Below the pieces are notes generated by a model. That model made no database searches, was not told the DNA's origin, and worked only from the letters and a program-made list of their open reading frames with translations. Positions 38,701 to 51,600 of a DNA stretch of 64,000 nucleotides are shown one piece after another (position 1 is the stretch's first letter; the number at the start of each line of letters is the position of its first letter). A program made the position numbers and the translations under genes. Origin of the DNA: Lingula anatina (taxonomy: Eukaryota > Animalia > Brachiopoda); contig CM120641.1 of NCBI GenBank assembly GCA_051362555.1, positions 37,702,401 through 37,766,400 of the forward strand, given 5' to 3'.

Positions 38701-39420
38701 GCCCTCATGTAATAATTTAGGTTATTTGAAGGAGTGTGGGTTGGAATACTTTTTTCTTTCATGCCGACAAAGACCGTTTTGATGTTACATTTGTTTCTTC
38801 AGATGACACTAAATACTTTAACCATTTGCATCCATATGCTTTTCTCGGTTAGTCTGTTCACGTGTACATTATTTTACACAAATTGTATATGCCAGTCGTT
38901 CATGTGCAAAGAGTGAGAATTGAAGTACAGTAAAAGTCCTTAATAGTGAAAAGCAACTTCTGAAAATAAATTATTTCTGTAATTATGCACTTGCATGGCT
39001 TTTACTCAAAAGAAAATAAACTACAGTGCTAGGAAGGATGCACGTTTCAACATTCTATGTTTTCAGATGTATTTTAATTTTGCTATTCAGAAATACTGGC
39101 TAAGATTGTACAAACTATGAAATACAATAGACATTTCAGACACTGTCAAAAATGCTTTTCGAAAAGAAGCAAAATTGGAGCAATTTTGAATTAATTTGAA
39201 GGAAAGGAATCCAAACATAACCGTGAAAACTAATTTCCACTTGTGTTCACAGAGTCATATAATGCCAACTGATGGTGTGGTTTAATTTTCATGCAAAGAT
39301 GTGTAAATGAAAGCTCTCAAGATAAATATTTTACATTTAAATTTCTGTATAATAGCTGTAACCTGGGGTGCAAGACTCACGCATACTGTGTACATACCTT
39401 AAAAATACAAAGATACACAG
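35787..39420. repeat. Local ~1.05-kb direct duplication (35787-36838 vs 38241-39420)
   Basis: Colinear similarity from AAACACCGATATTGACAAGGGG to AAAAATACAAAGATACACAG. The second copy has a 225-bp insertion and an internal deletion. Confidence 0.85.
38323..38547. mobile_element. PIF/Harbinger (Tourist-like) MITE
   Basis: Absent from the paralogous site near 35872. TAA is duplicated (38320-38322 and 38548-38550). Imperfect TIRs CATTCCCGTAGATTTTAGATCGATC and GATCAATCTAAATCTCTGGGAATG. Confidence 0.75.
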
Positions 39421-39902
39421 TTGTGTATGCCTTTAGTCGCCAATAATTTAGTATTTATTGTTGCTATATGAAAGGAGAGGAAGAAATCATTTGCTCGGTT
39501 CCATCTTTGGTTGGTGTTGGTGGCAAGAGCGGGAGTCACCATGTGTTGCTCGAGCAGGTAAATGGTAAATTACTGAGATGGATACTTGAGCGAGGTTGGC
39601 AATTATTGAAGGTGGGGTCAATAAAGACGCCATAGAGGACTGGGGGGGGGGTGGCGATGGTAGGTGACGGTTATGTGTACAGGCACATCTGTGTCTGTTT
39701 TGATCTCACGGCAGTTCGACTAAGGCTTCAACCAAGACCATTTTAAAGTCTTTCTTTCTTTCTTCTTTTCCAGGTGGCCAAACCATTAGTAATGTATAAA
39801 TTTAACAATATAACACAGGATTATTAGTCCCATGGAATGCCACATAACTAATATATTGCTAATTCCACTTGAATCCGAAATTGATATCAACTGAATGCTA
39901 TA

Positions 39903-39990
39903 GTAATTTGATATTGGTGACAAAGTATATTTGTATCCTCACCTAATCGTTCGATGTTTTGCCGTTGTTGTCGCCACATACTCCAGCTGT
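39903..39990 (-). pseudogene. Relic of a paralogous VWD gene (3' half of the last coding exon plus intron start)
   Basis: Translates TAGVCGDNNGKTSND*, followed by GTGAGG. The adjacent intronic GTAATTTGATATTGGTGACAAAG (plus strand) is identical to 31284-31306. It is cut off by a MITE at 39994. Confidence 0.8.
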
Positions 39991-39993
39991 CGC

Positions 39994-40269
39994 CAGTGGC
40001 GGATTTAGAGGGGGGATTGGGGGGGTCCCGCCCCCCCCCCTTCAATTTCTGAAAAATATATCACACCAATATTCTTGAAATTAGAATTTTGACTAGCTAA
40101 ATCATAGTTCTAAACCGTACAAAAGGACACTGCTCTCCAGAAAACCAAAAAAAAATTTGGGGCCTTGAGCAGGCCTCAAACCCCACACCAAGGGGGCGAT
40201 GGTCGGCTTCGCATCCGAGGTCTGTCGTTCCGGACCCCCCCCCTTCAAATAATCCTGGATCCGCCCCTG
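39994..40269. mobile_element. GC-rich MITE (CAGTGGCGGATTTAGA..TCCTGGATCCGCCCCTG)
   Basis: Imperfect TIRs with internal G/C runs. A 3'-end fragment of the same family lies at ~44368-44437. Confidence 0.7.
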
Positions 40270-40458
40270 TTAACAGTCTGATTGGTAAATAAGTCAGTCG
40301 ACAAAATAAGTAAAGAGACCAAGCGTGTTTTTCAGTAGTCATACTAGAACCCACCAAACTGTATTCGGTCAATTGTTACATGTACTCATTCATATGAACC
40401 TTGGCGTTTCATCAAGGGCCTGACCACATGAAAGACCCGTCAAAAATCTGGTGCAAGT

Positions 40459-40505
<47 letters not shown>

Positions 40506-42967
40506 ACAATGAGAAATTCAAAATGATATGATTCATACATCATTGACGTCTCGCGTCTTTGTTAGCGTTAAAAACCTTAACTTCTGATTCCATGAATGGC
40601 AAACGTGGGCTTGATGCTGAAAATTTGATTTTAGTCAACAGGCCAATTCCCCTAACTGAGCAAAATGTATCGTAGCATGGCAGTAGACCTTATCGATTTG
40701 TGTGTGTGTGTGTGTGTGTGTGTAAAGTAAGACACCCAAGAATGCTGATTTTTCAGAATAATTTTCACATAGGGTAACAGGTGTAACAGAAATGGAAGTC
40801 CTAGGAATGGAAGTCCGGGCTCTTATATGATTAGAACAGGTTATGGTTAATTGGAGTATTGGGGATAGTATATGGACGAATGTCACCGGTACAAAGTAAT
40901 GGGAAGCGGACTACGGTTCCTGGCGGACTCCCATTCCTGTTACACCTGGGCTGCATGTGTAGTAGGCCCAGTTAGACACTTCTGGACTTGTAGAGTATCG
41001 TATGTGACATTGAATATTTGCACGACTTTGAGCATATGAAGTATCACCGCCAGGCTTATTTAACATTCGTGAACAGTTTCAGTAACAACCTCTCACCTAA
41101 AATGAGCCATACCTGTTGTTATTTGCATAACAACAAGTTGTTCATCGTAGTGCGAGCTGTCTAACCGAATACTCACTTGGCAGTTAGACAGAGTCGGGTG
41201 TAGAAGCAACAGTATGTGTGGTGCAGTCAGAAGGTCGAGCTTTTATAAGGCGTGGAAGCAAATGTATATTGTGAGTATCACTATTTCTTCACCACAGCCA
41301 TTAAATACTTAAGGCGCAAAAGAATGAGAAAAATATTTACGGCAAATATTTATGACATGAATCCTTTTACTATATTTCCTTTGTTACTTGTATATCACTG
41401 AGAATGGTAGAAAATATTACTTACAGTGCATTGGGACTCCAAATGTTCAGGATAAACGGGGCATTCATCTGATTTTTGATGATAAACTAAGTTTGCTTGA
41501 AATCCTCTGCACTTTGCAACCCTCTGTTTGAACATTTTGTGTGCCCCGGCCTTGACAATTAATTTTGAATATGTTGACCTAATTTAAAATGTCGTGTGTG
41601 TTTAAATTTAAGTATAACCATCCAAATTAATTAATTTTATGATGCTTGTCACCGTTCTGAGCTTCTGATCCAAGGATTTCGAGTGCTCATTGCACAATGA
41701 TTGACAGATACATGTTTTACACAGCCTGTCGTCTCCATTGTGCCGTGTTTTGTCCATCCATTACGCGGTTCACTGTATGAAAACTTACTATATATGTGCA
41801 ATAAATTTGTTATAATTTTCGAAGAGAAGTTGTAAATGATCTCTTTCTCTGAGATGCAGCAACATATACTACAACACGTGTTATAACTTTTAATATCAAG
41901 AGGAATATATTAACGGTCGTAGCAATAACCTCACCCACCCTGCAAATGAAACGGGTTGTGCTATCAATTTTACTTTTATAACAAGAGGCCTCAAGTAGTT
42001 ATATCATTAACTAATTCCAGATCATAATTTTGGTTTTACGCTAGCTGAACCTGAACATTAGACTAGTTGATAAACGCGCACGCCATTCCATTTATATGCG
42101 CCCTCTGCCCTGTGATATTGCATGCATTATTAGAATTAATTATCATTATTGTACAGAGCCTGTCTGTTTACTTCAAAATTGTAAACATTATTTTATCTTT
42201 TCAGGAGCTCAACGAGATTCTGGACAGCATCCGCCTGAAAGCAACCTATGAAGTCTAGCCTTTGTTTCACACACAGGAACCCACGCTCCTTCGTATATCT
42301 ATTATATGAAAACTCAATAAAAAACTTTTGTAATTTTGTTTTTCACTTTGTTATGAAGTTATTATGATAAGGATAGTAGTAATCATAATGGGAAAAGGGT
42401 TATTTTTAGTGTTTGACGACTTTCAAATTCAATCTGATCTGTAAACAATGTCAGTGTTTTTGTGGTTGGCGGTTTTTATGTGGTACCTAAATTTTAAATA
42501 GTTGTAAAATAACCAGTATTTTCTAAATTACCCCTCCAAGCTGTTTTAGCGCACGGAAATAAAATATCTAAAATGGTTTCCAACAACCTACATTTTACAG
42601 TTAAAATTTATATAAATTTACAATTCTGGTTTATAAAAAATTCACGAGATTTTTGTTCTATGGCATATGGAACTAATTCGTTTGGATATAATTTTTTCTA
42701 TATTTTCTTATATGGGGAGGGTCCAATTTTAACGGGTTTTGGCTTTTGCTATCGTGAATCGTTTTAATTTGGCGGCTTGTTCTACGTATAAATACTTTAT
42801 TTGATATTTGAACATAATAATGAAAAGGTGGGATGATTCTGATGTAAGCTTAAATCAAGTTTTTTTTTAATGGATCAGCTGAAATTGGCCAAAAATTTTT
42901 ATTTCCGAGGGTAAAACAGAATAATCTTTTCAGTTCCTGTTCTCTGAACCAAATCGGGATAATAACA

Positions 42968-43500
42968 AGACTTGCCCCACCTGTCACCCCTCCTGACGCA
43001 ATGGACTCGCCCCACCTGTCACCCCTCCTGACGCAATGGACTCGCCCCACCTGTCACCCCTTCTAATGAAATGGACTCGCCCCACCTGTCACCCCTCCTG
43101 ACACAATGGACTCGCCCCACCTGTCACCCCTCCTGACGCAATGCACTCGCCCCACCTGTCACCCCTTTTATGCAGTGGACTCGCCCCACCTGTCACCCCT
43201 CCTGACGCAATGGACTCGCCCCACCTGTCACCCCTTTTATGCAGTGGACTCACCCCACCTGTCACCCCTCCTGACGCATTGGACTCGCCCCACCTGTCAC
43301 CCCTTTTATGCAATGGTCTCGCCCCACCTGTCACCCCTCCTGATGCAATGGACTCGCCCCACCTGTAACCCCTTTTATGCAATGGACTCGCCCCACCTGT
43401 CACCCCTTCTAATGAAATGGACTAGCCCCACATAACACCCCTTTATTTGGAATCGAGTCGCCCCACCTGACATCCCTCAGATGGAGTGGACTCGACTAAA
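42968..43500. repeat. 35-bp GC-rich minisatellite, about 14 units
   Basis: Unit GGACTCGCCCCACCTGTCACCCCTCCTGACGCAAT, with variants ending CCTTTTATGCAGT or CCTTCTAATGAAAT. Confidence 0.95.
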
Positions 43501-46304
43501 CCCCTCCAATTGAAAGGATTCCCCCAACTTGTCTATCAGATTACCGTGGCGTGCTATTCAGCCTTACTTGCTTCAGTCAAGTCTTCACTGCTAAACCTTT
43601 TCACTACTCCTGTGCTAGCTGACCTTGTAAGCAATTCATTAGAATGAATTTTCTAAAATGAAGATTAAACAATCCATTAATTCATCACGAACGTCAATCA
43701 ACTATCAGGATTACTTGAAAACACCTTTTTAATAATTTTGATAAATCTTATTACATAATTGAAGTCTATTTTTATAGTTTTTTTTTAAAGCATTTTATCA
43801 TGTCGATCGGTAATATCGGGTAGGTACCGACTGCCCGTGGGTTCTAAAATCCTCATTGCCCTAGTCGCCGACTAACCCCAACCCCAATTTGTAATCAGCC
43901 ACTAGGTGTAGTTAAGACAGCGTATGATGCAGGCTTGATGCCCGAGAGCGTATGGCGCGACTACTGTTTGCTATATTGGTAAATATAACCGACATATTTT
44001 TTAAAATTTTTATAACATTGTTAAAAAGTTTTGATACAAGATGTGATGATTTAAGTTGTGCAAATTGTAGTGGTGCAAAGTATTAAATCCTTTGTTCATG
44101 TGTTTTTGCCAGAATTAACAAAAATGTATAATTTGTAGGCTAAATTTCATCAAAATCTGTGGCAACTTGCTGGCAATGTTCCTTGTATCAGTGATGTTGA
44201 CAGTGGCATTGTAGAACGTTAGAATAACGTTCTTTTAACACTTGTTGATGGTCTAACCAATATATAATCCTGCTATCAAAACGTTCTGTGAAGGCTGGGT
44301 ATACGTTACCTTCATTATTTTGCATGTGTTAAAACATTTATTGACAAGAGACCTATTATCTATGAAAAAGGGGGGGGGGGGTAAGGTCGGCTTCGCATCC
44401 GCGGACCCGCCCTCAATTAATCCTGGATCCGCCCCTGCTAGCGTTCCACAAAGCCTGTGGCCAATGATTATCTTAACTCTCTACGGTGGTTGGAAAACCA
44501 GGCACAAGATTCACCTATGGGGGAGGAGGGTCAGCCGGAACTTGTGGAGCTCCACCTACACTCTGAATGTAATTAATATTGACGCATTAAATATTATTTG
44601 TGATGCAAATAATCTTATAAAAATTTTAACAAAATGTAAATTGTTTGAGAGGGTCGTTTCACCAAAGAAAGAGGGGAAAAAAATCAATTCTCAAAACTCA
44701 CCCCTTACCCCAATAATTACACTGAGTGCATTTCATTTCTTTGTTAATTTTTCTATTTTTATGTCTATGTTCTTTTCATTCGGTTTTTAGCGACCTTCAT
44801 CGGTTCATCTTGGAAAAAATAAACTATTTACATATTTACGGCTTTTGGATCTCCTAGGTCCATTCGTCAGAACGCAAGCTTCGAGCTCTTTCTGTAAAAT
44901 ATTTCTGTCATTATGTACTTGCACGGGATTGAGTCAAAAGTAGGCCTATTAAATAAAGAAGCAGTCAGCCTGAGCAGTGCAGGAAAATTAGGAAAGATAC
45001 CCTGTGCAATATCCTACGTTTTCAGATGTAGGCTATTTTTATAAAAAATACTGGCTGAAAATTGTGCAAATTATGAAATATGGCGTATATTCCTAACATT
45101 GTCATGGAATGCTGTAAATAAGGATCATAATTATAGGGCATCATTCTGGAGATGTTTTGTTCTTGCAAGACGCAGGATATCTCAAAATATTTGACAGAAT
45201 TAAAATTAAGGTTTCAAGATGTACATACAGAAAAGCAAAATTTGAGGTAATTGTTTAATGACAATTCAAAGTTTACTTGGATGAAAGGGATCCAAACATA
45301 GGTTTGCACTGGTAGTTACAGAGCCATATAGTCTAATATAATATCAGCTGTGATGTGGTTTTATCTGCACATACACTGTACAGCTGTGTAGATAAAAACT
45401 ATCATAATAAAATTTTAAATTTAAATTTCTGTACGAGATTTGGCTGGGCAATAGAATTAGAATTTAACCTTTTTTGTTCTCAAATAGAGTCTAAACAAGA
45501 ATTGAATTCAATATTTTCAGCACAAGTGCACTGTTTTAGCTGTAATTTGCAAGATATGAAAACTTAAAATATTTATAGCCAACAATGAAACCCACTCTCT
45601 GGGTTTACTCTAGCTTTCTATGATAGAGGTTCAATTATTGATATACTCCTCTCCATCTCCATACAGTACATATTGTCTTCAAATGATGTCAATTTTTTCA
45701 AAATTCTAAATATTTGATCACATTTTGCGTAAATCTGAAAATTGTCGATTTTGTGTGATTTGAATGTTTTTGATGAGTCCCAGCTATGGCAGTTTTTTAT
45801 TATTTTTCGCCAAAATGTAAAGTTGTTATTTTGGTCATTATAGTGACTGGTAGGTGTGTTTCATCATTTTTAGTTTTTATTAAGTACCGGGATGGTGGTT
45901 TTCTCAACATTAAGGATTAAATAAAGAAAAAACTGAACCTACTCTCGAGCCCCTGCTGTCAGCAATGCTAATTAAAAATTGGTAGTGATTATGCTATTAA
46001 TCATTATGAAATATTCCATTAAATTTGACTGAAAAACCTACGTTCTGAGTGCCACCACAAACGTTATGAAAAGAGTATTATTCATTATTTTGTAACTTAG
46101 AAGAACTATTCTTAAGATTGGCATACAGCTTAGATTTGAAAACCAACTTGATTGGATTATCATTTTTTATTGAATTTATGCATTTTTTTTAAATTTTCAT
46201 TTATCTTTTTCTGGGATTTTGAAAGTTCAAACTTGAACTCTCCTGGGTCTGAAGTCTTATGGTAGTTACACATTTACTTACATCCGTATTACTTGTTGTG
46301 CATA

Positions 46305-46687
46305 ATTACCTCCGCCAAGGAGGTTATGTTTTCACCCCTGTCTGTTTGTCATCAACATAGGGCCTAATTCAAAAAGTTATGGATGAATTTCTTTGAAATT
46401 TTCAGGGTAGGTCAGAAATGGGTTTACTTAGAAGTGATTAGTTTTTGGTGGTTATCCGGATCAATAATCAATCAATAATCAAAAATAAAAAAACTAAGTT
46501 ATGGACCGATTTTGATGAAATTTTCAGGAACTGTCAGAAGTAGGCCAAGGAACAGATGATTAGTTTTTGGTGGTGATCCGGATCAATAATCAATCAATAA
46601 TCAATAATCAAAAATATCGAAAATTTGGGGGGTGAAACGGCATTGGATGGAGACTTTGCTGTTTTCCATGAGGGCCTTATCCACTAG
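46305..46687 (+). mobile_element. Helentron/HINE-type non-autonomous element
   Basis: 5' hairpin ACCTCCGCCAAGGAGGT then TATGTTTTCACC and GTCTGTTTGTC. It contains two ~125-bp internal repeats (AGTTATGGA..GAAATTTTCAGG..TTTTGGTGG..ATCCGGATCAATAATC) and ends in CTAG. Confidence 0.65.
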
Positions 46688-48634
46688 CTATTTCACTGTT
46701 ATGTTTTCATAGACCCCTAATTGCTGTAGTGAATTTGGGGATTATTCGCTCAGAACAATTTGTTAAATCAGTAATGCTCCTGTTATTTCGCATGATTATT
46801 TGTTATTTCCAAGGCACTACATGTGTTTCCTTATTTGGTTGTTTGTTGGTTTATTTTCCGATTGTTTTTGTGTTTTACGGGGCTGGTTTAGGATATTGTC
46901 ACCCTTTGACCAAAAGTCTTTATTTAGTTCTCCAAAACCCTGCCTGCTATTTTTTAAGTCTTTGTTCAGATTTTATCGTAGATAAAGCAAAATAATGTCT
47001 TAGTTTAATGAAATTCTGTAATTAGGGGCTCATAACTCCACAACGGAATATTTAAACCAAAATGACGGCACGCGATTGTAGCCTATACACCATGGTGGTC
47101 AACTCTGCCAATTTTCGTGATAAAATCTTGTTCAGGGAACATGCTGATTGCTAACTCCCCTCAAAATAGCTGTTAAAGTGACGATTAAAGCTTTAAGTTG
47201 CCTATATATAAACGCCGACGTTTTATATTTTCGTTTTTTATAGTTTTAAATCAGCAATATTTTTTGCTTTTAAAAACCCTTTTTAATTATTTTTTTTAAA
47301 TAACAAATATCCGATAAATATCCGATATTGGCAAAGTACAGTAACGATAAACGCGTGTTGCAAATCAAAGCATAACAAAAAAGAGCCATTTTAGTTTTCC
47401 GTCCCAGGATGAGCACACGGGGTTATTATTGACCGTGTGTGTTAACGATGTTGTTTTCCAAACTACAGGAAAAGCTTGTCTTGCATAGTATTGACCCTAC
47501 CAATGACCTTGAACTACTTTCACTGTTGTTTGATTCGGAAAGGTGGTTCCTGTACTGTGGAACTTATTTTGTAAGTAAAATGGCACTTCTTTCGACTTAG
47601 GTTAAAGACTGACTTATTTAACTGTGGGGTTCAAATCAGACGCAAAGGGGGACTTTCACTTTTTGAAATACTCTTGATAGAAATCTTAGTAGTGGCAACT
47701 ACCGAATTTCTAACAAGTTGAAAGTCATGTGATAATGAATAACACCACTGGCACTGAAATTACACTGTGCAAATGTGCGATAGATAACATTTTACATCTC
47801 TGTTAATTAAACGGCAAATGTCTTAAATTAGTATTTAAAAGAAAGTTTGCCACCGAATTATTAAGTGAATTTGTAAGCCAGATGAACAGGCTAGCTAACA
47901 TTAAATGTTTACAACGTGCAATGCGCGCGTGCTGTACTACAGCTGTACGCCCCAGCTGTACGTGTGCTAATTACTACTTGAGGTACAATGTAGTAAGCAT
48001 AAGCTTGCATAAACTCAAGTTAGAACTTGTAAGTTTTTTTTCTGTGAAGTACCATGACATTTAAAATATTACTACTTATCGTCTTCGAGCCATGGTCGGC
48101 TCATAAGGCTTGTCAGCATCCTTGCCATCTCCCTAGGTCTATCTTTCAGCTTCACCCCCTGTCTGCCACCCTAATTCTTTTTGCTCAGCTTCAGCACTCC
48201 ATAAAAAATACAGCAGAAGTCAAAAGCTGAGGCATAGGTTTTGGCTGTTTACTGGTACAATTTCATTTATACATAAAAATTTAAAAATTAAATTTTATGA
48301 AGCTCATAGTAAAACACAACAAATTTTTTTCCTTTAAAAATACATAACATTTTTAAATGGAACAGATTGGATATATTTTAACTCATTGAATAGGACATAC
48401 TACATTGGCTCTTTTTTAAAATGATGAAAGTAAATGATTTTCATAGTTTAAAAATATTTGTAACGTACTAGTACTCCATACATTAATTGTGGTGCCTGTA
48501 CTATTCCAGCACTCTATATGCATGCGCATTGTACTTACATAGGACTTTGTACGTGCTTTTTCTCTTTCAGGTTTTTGACACTGATAACAAGCTACAAGCT
48601 ATTGTTTCGATAATCACGACCCTGTTATAGGTAC

Positions 48635-51600
48635 ATGTACCAGTATAGCCAGCATTACATGCTGTGTGCTAGTGCATCCAGAATGCTGCTTATGTGCTGT
48701 CTAAGTCTCCTGGCTGTACATTGTGTATTACTGGGGACCACATGTGCTTTGCCTGCAGATGCTTCATTCTATAAACAACAGATGTTAAATGGATATCGTC
48801 CACAACAGAAAACAGATACCTGTGGATACAAGGTAACCAATATTTGATATGGTACCAGTACATTAAAAAAAAAAAAAAAAAGATATGTACAATAAGTTGA
48901 CAAATGTTTGCTTGACATACAGGGAGAATAGATGTGCTGTCATGTGTCAGTTGCTTTAAATCTGCCATTGACCTATGGACCTATTGTGGTCTTTACACAA
49001 TTAGTTTATTGAAGATTGCTTACTTAACTCATATTGGAGTCATTATATTAAGAATATAGCACTGCAGGCTCAATATTAGTCGAATGTGAGTAGATATAAA
49101 TATATTTGATTTCAACAAATCACCTCGTTCACAATTTTTCACAGGGAAAATAAATACTATGTGACAAACTAATTCATTAATGTGAAATACCAGTGCAAGA
49201 AAACACTTTTTTCAATACCACTCATTAAATTTTCAACTATATGTAGCCTTTTTACTGGCAGATATACACAATAAGTAACTCTAGTTTAATTTTTATGATC
49301 ATGACTCCCGTATTTTGTTGTTTGTGATGAAATTCATGTACCATCTAGGGCTGGTCACCTTGTGAAGGGCATGTCTAGGCAAATGTGATAGAAAACATAA
49401 CACCACATAATCAAATCAAATTATTGTTTCCTGATAAGGGAATGGTTCTTATCAGTGTACTGAATTCTGTCTGATAAGCACAGTGATAAATATGCCTCTC
49501 TCTCATATACATGTACATAAATTATTCCTGTATATATATTTTCAGTCCTGTAATCTTGGCAAGGATGGGATGATAAATGTACATTTAGTGCCACATACAC
49601 ATGATGATGTGGGCTGGCTCAAGACTGTTGACCAATACTTTTACGGTGGTATGAAAGTTTTTTCAAATTATTTTATCTGATTTCTTGAATGTACCGGTCA
49701 CCTTCTGCATTTTTTCACCTTTTAGTTGAATGTGTCTGTAATCGAGTTTGAATCATCTTACTTCATATTTGCATAAGTTGGAGTTGCTCGTTAGTCAATT
49801 TGCTGTTTAATTGTGTAATAAGATAAATTTAAGTAAATTTCCTGAACCGTCAGTATAACAGTTTGATACTTGTCCTTAAAAGTAACAATATGATCTGTTT
49901 TATGTTTAAGCTAACAACACCATCCAGCATGCTGGCGTGCAGTATATCCTTGATTCAGTGGTGGAGGCGCTAGGGAAAGATCCAAACAAGAGGTTTATCT
50001 ATGTAGAGATTGCCTTCTTCTATAGGTGGTGGAATGAGCAGGATGACCCCACAAGGCACTTTGTGAAGGGATTGGTGAACCAAGGTAGGACATTGATGTG
50101 TTGCTTAGTCAGTGTTTTTCCTCAATTATTTGTGATGTGTGACATGGTTTTACTTAATAGCAATAGCTGTGTTTGTAATTTTGCTGAAAAGTTTACACTG
50201 GGCCAGGCAGTAGTCGAATGAGCGTCATTAATTAAGAGAAGCAGATACTTTTATATACTAATGAAAATAATGATGATGAATATTAATGATGTGTAAAAAA
50301 TTACCAAAATATATGGGACTTCATTCATGTCTCAGTGCTGTTTACATATTCATCATTAAAGAATGAAGTTAAGGTTAAATTACTTAACAATTAAAAAAAA
50401 TAACCAAAATATATGGCACTACATTCATGTCTCAGTGCTGCTTACATATATTCAACATCAAAGAATTAAGTTAAGGTTAAATTACTTTACAATTAAAAAA
50501 ACAAGAAAGCTGTGTATTTATTGGCTATGAATGTAAAGTTAATTATGATATATTGCAAGTCTTTTATGAACACTATTTTTTTTTTAATTTGAAAAAAAAA
50601 ATGTCAGCATCATTATAGTAAGGATTGAACTGTCGGTGGGTCCATTGTGGTCCACATTTAGAATAGAGGGATGAAAAGCAAATTACAGTTAGATATTAGT
50701 TTAAATGTTTAAAAACTGTTTTAAAAAATAAAAGATTTTAATGCCAGAATTATCACCTTCAGGTAGACTAGAGTTTATCTTGGGAGGATGGTGTATGAAT
50801 GATGAGGCTTCTACTCATTATAATGCCATCATTGACCAGCACACGGAGGGGTTCCGCTTTCTGGAGACTGTATTTGGAGACTGTGGAAGACCCAGAGTGG
50901 CATGGCAGATTGATCCATTTGGACATTCCAGAGAAATGGCATCTCTGTTTGCTCAGGTGAGTAGTTGCAGATCCATATTTGGCAATAGAATAAAATGTAA
51001 ACTTTTAAGGGAATAAAATATTTTAAGGTGTTTTCTCCTTTCAACTAGTACAAGTTTTAATCTTGACCTATATTTTAATGTTTATTAGTAATTTAACATA
51101 CTTATATTTTTGATATTGAATAATATCATACTCATATTTTTGACATTGAATAATACCATACTTATGTTTTTTTATTGTTATTTTAAGTGGTCACCTAGTA
51201 ACTAATGTGTATATTTTAGATTTTAGCAAATAAGTTACCATCATTATCTGAATTATCTTTTTGAAAAGCTGTTTTACCTGCAGCGACATGCAACGTAGTT
51301 AAACTTACATTGTAATAATAAGGAAATAAACCACTACTGCATCTTTGATCATTTGCCAACATGACTAATAATACTGTGAAGCACAAGTTACAATCGTTTT
51401 GTTATCAAGGTTTGTATTTGCACTTTGCAGCTCTATGTTATGTAATGCCTGTTGTTTTAGATGGGATTTGATGGACTCTACTTTGCCAGACTAGACTACC
51501 AGGACAGAGCAGTGAGAGAGAAGGATAAAAGAATGGAAATGGTGTGGAGAGGCAGTCCTCAAAATCTAGGTATCTGTTCCATGCCTTTGAATAATACTTG

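Larger units (their letters stand above)
35157..45435 (+). repeat. ~500-600-bp AT-rich repeat in 4 direct copies (~35157-35740, 36258-36770, 38938-39360, 44974-45435)
   Basis: Shared blocks CAGTGC(T)AGGAA(GGAT), TTTCAGATG, ATTGTGCAAA, GGAGATGTTTTG..TTGCAA, GAAAGG(A/G)ATCCAA, ACAGAG(C/T)CATATA, GTGGTTT. Confidence 0.75.

Noticed and set aside
35962-38916. Two similar hydrophobic ORFs (35962-36237 and 38734-38916)
   Set aside because: The similarity comes from the local 1-kb duplication. The frame is not conserved upstream and there is no splice or domain evidence.
36840-39780. Possible LINE 3' fragments (e.g. minus-strand KTVTDWQSL near 36905-36935; 37730-38065; 39440-39780)
   Set aside because: They are too short and degenerate to classify, with no clear TSD or tail.
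43089-43435. Repetitive ORFs and a CRISPR-like regular repeat
   Set aside because: The 35-bp units are contiguous with no unique spacers, there are no cas genes, and the context is eukaryotic. It is a minisatellite.
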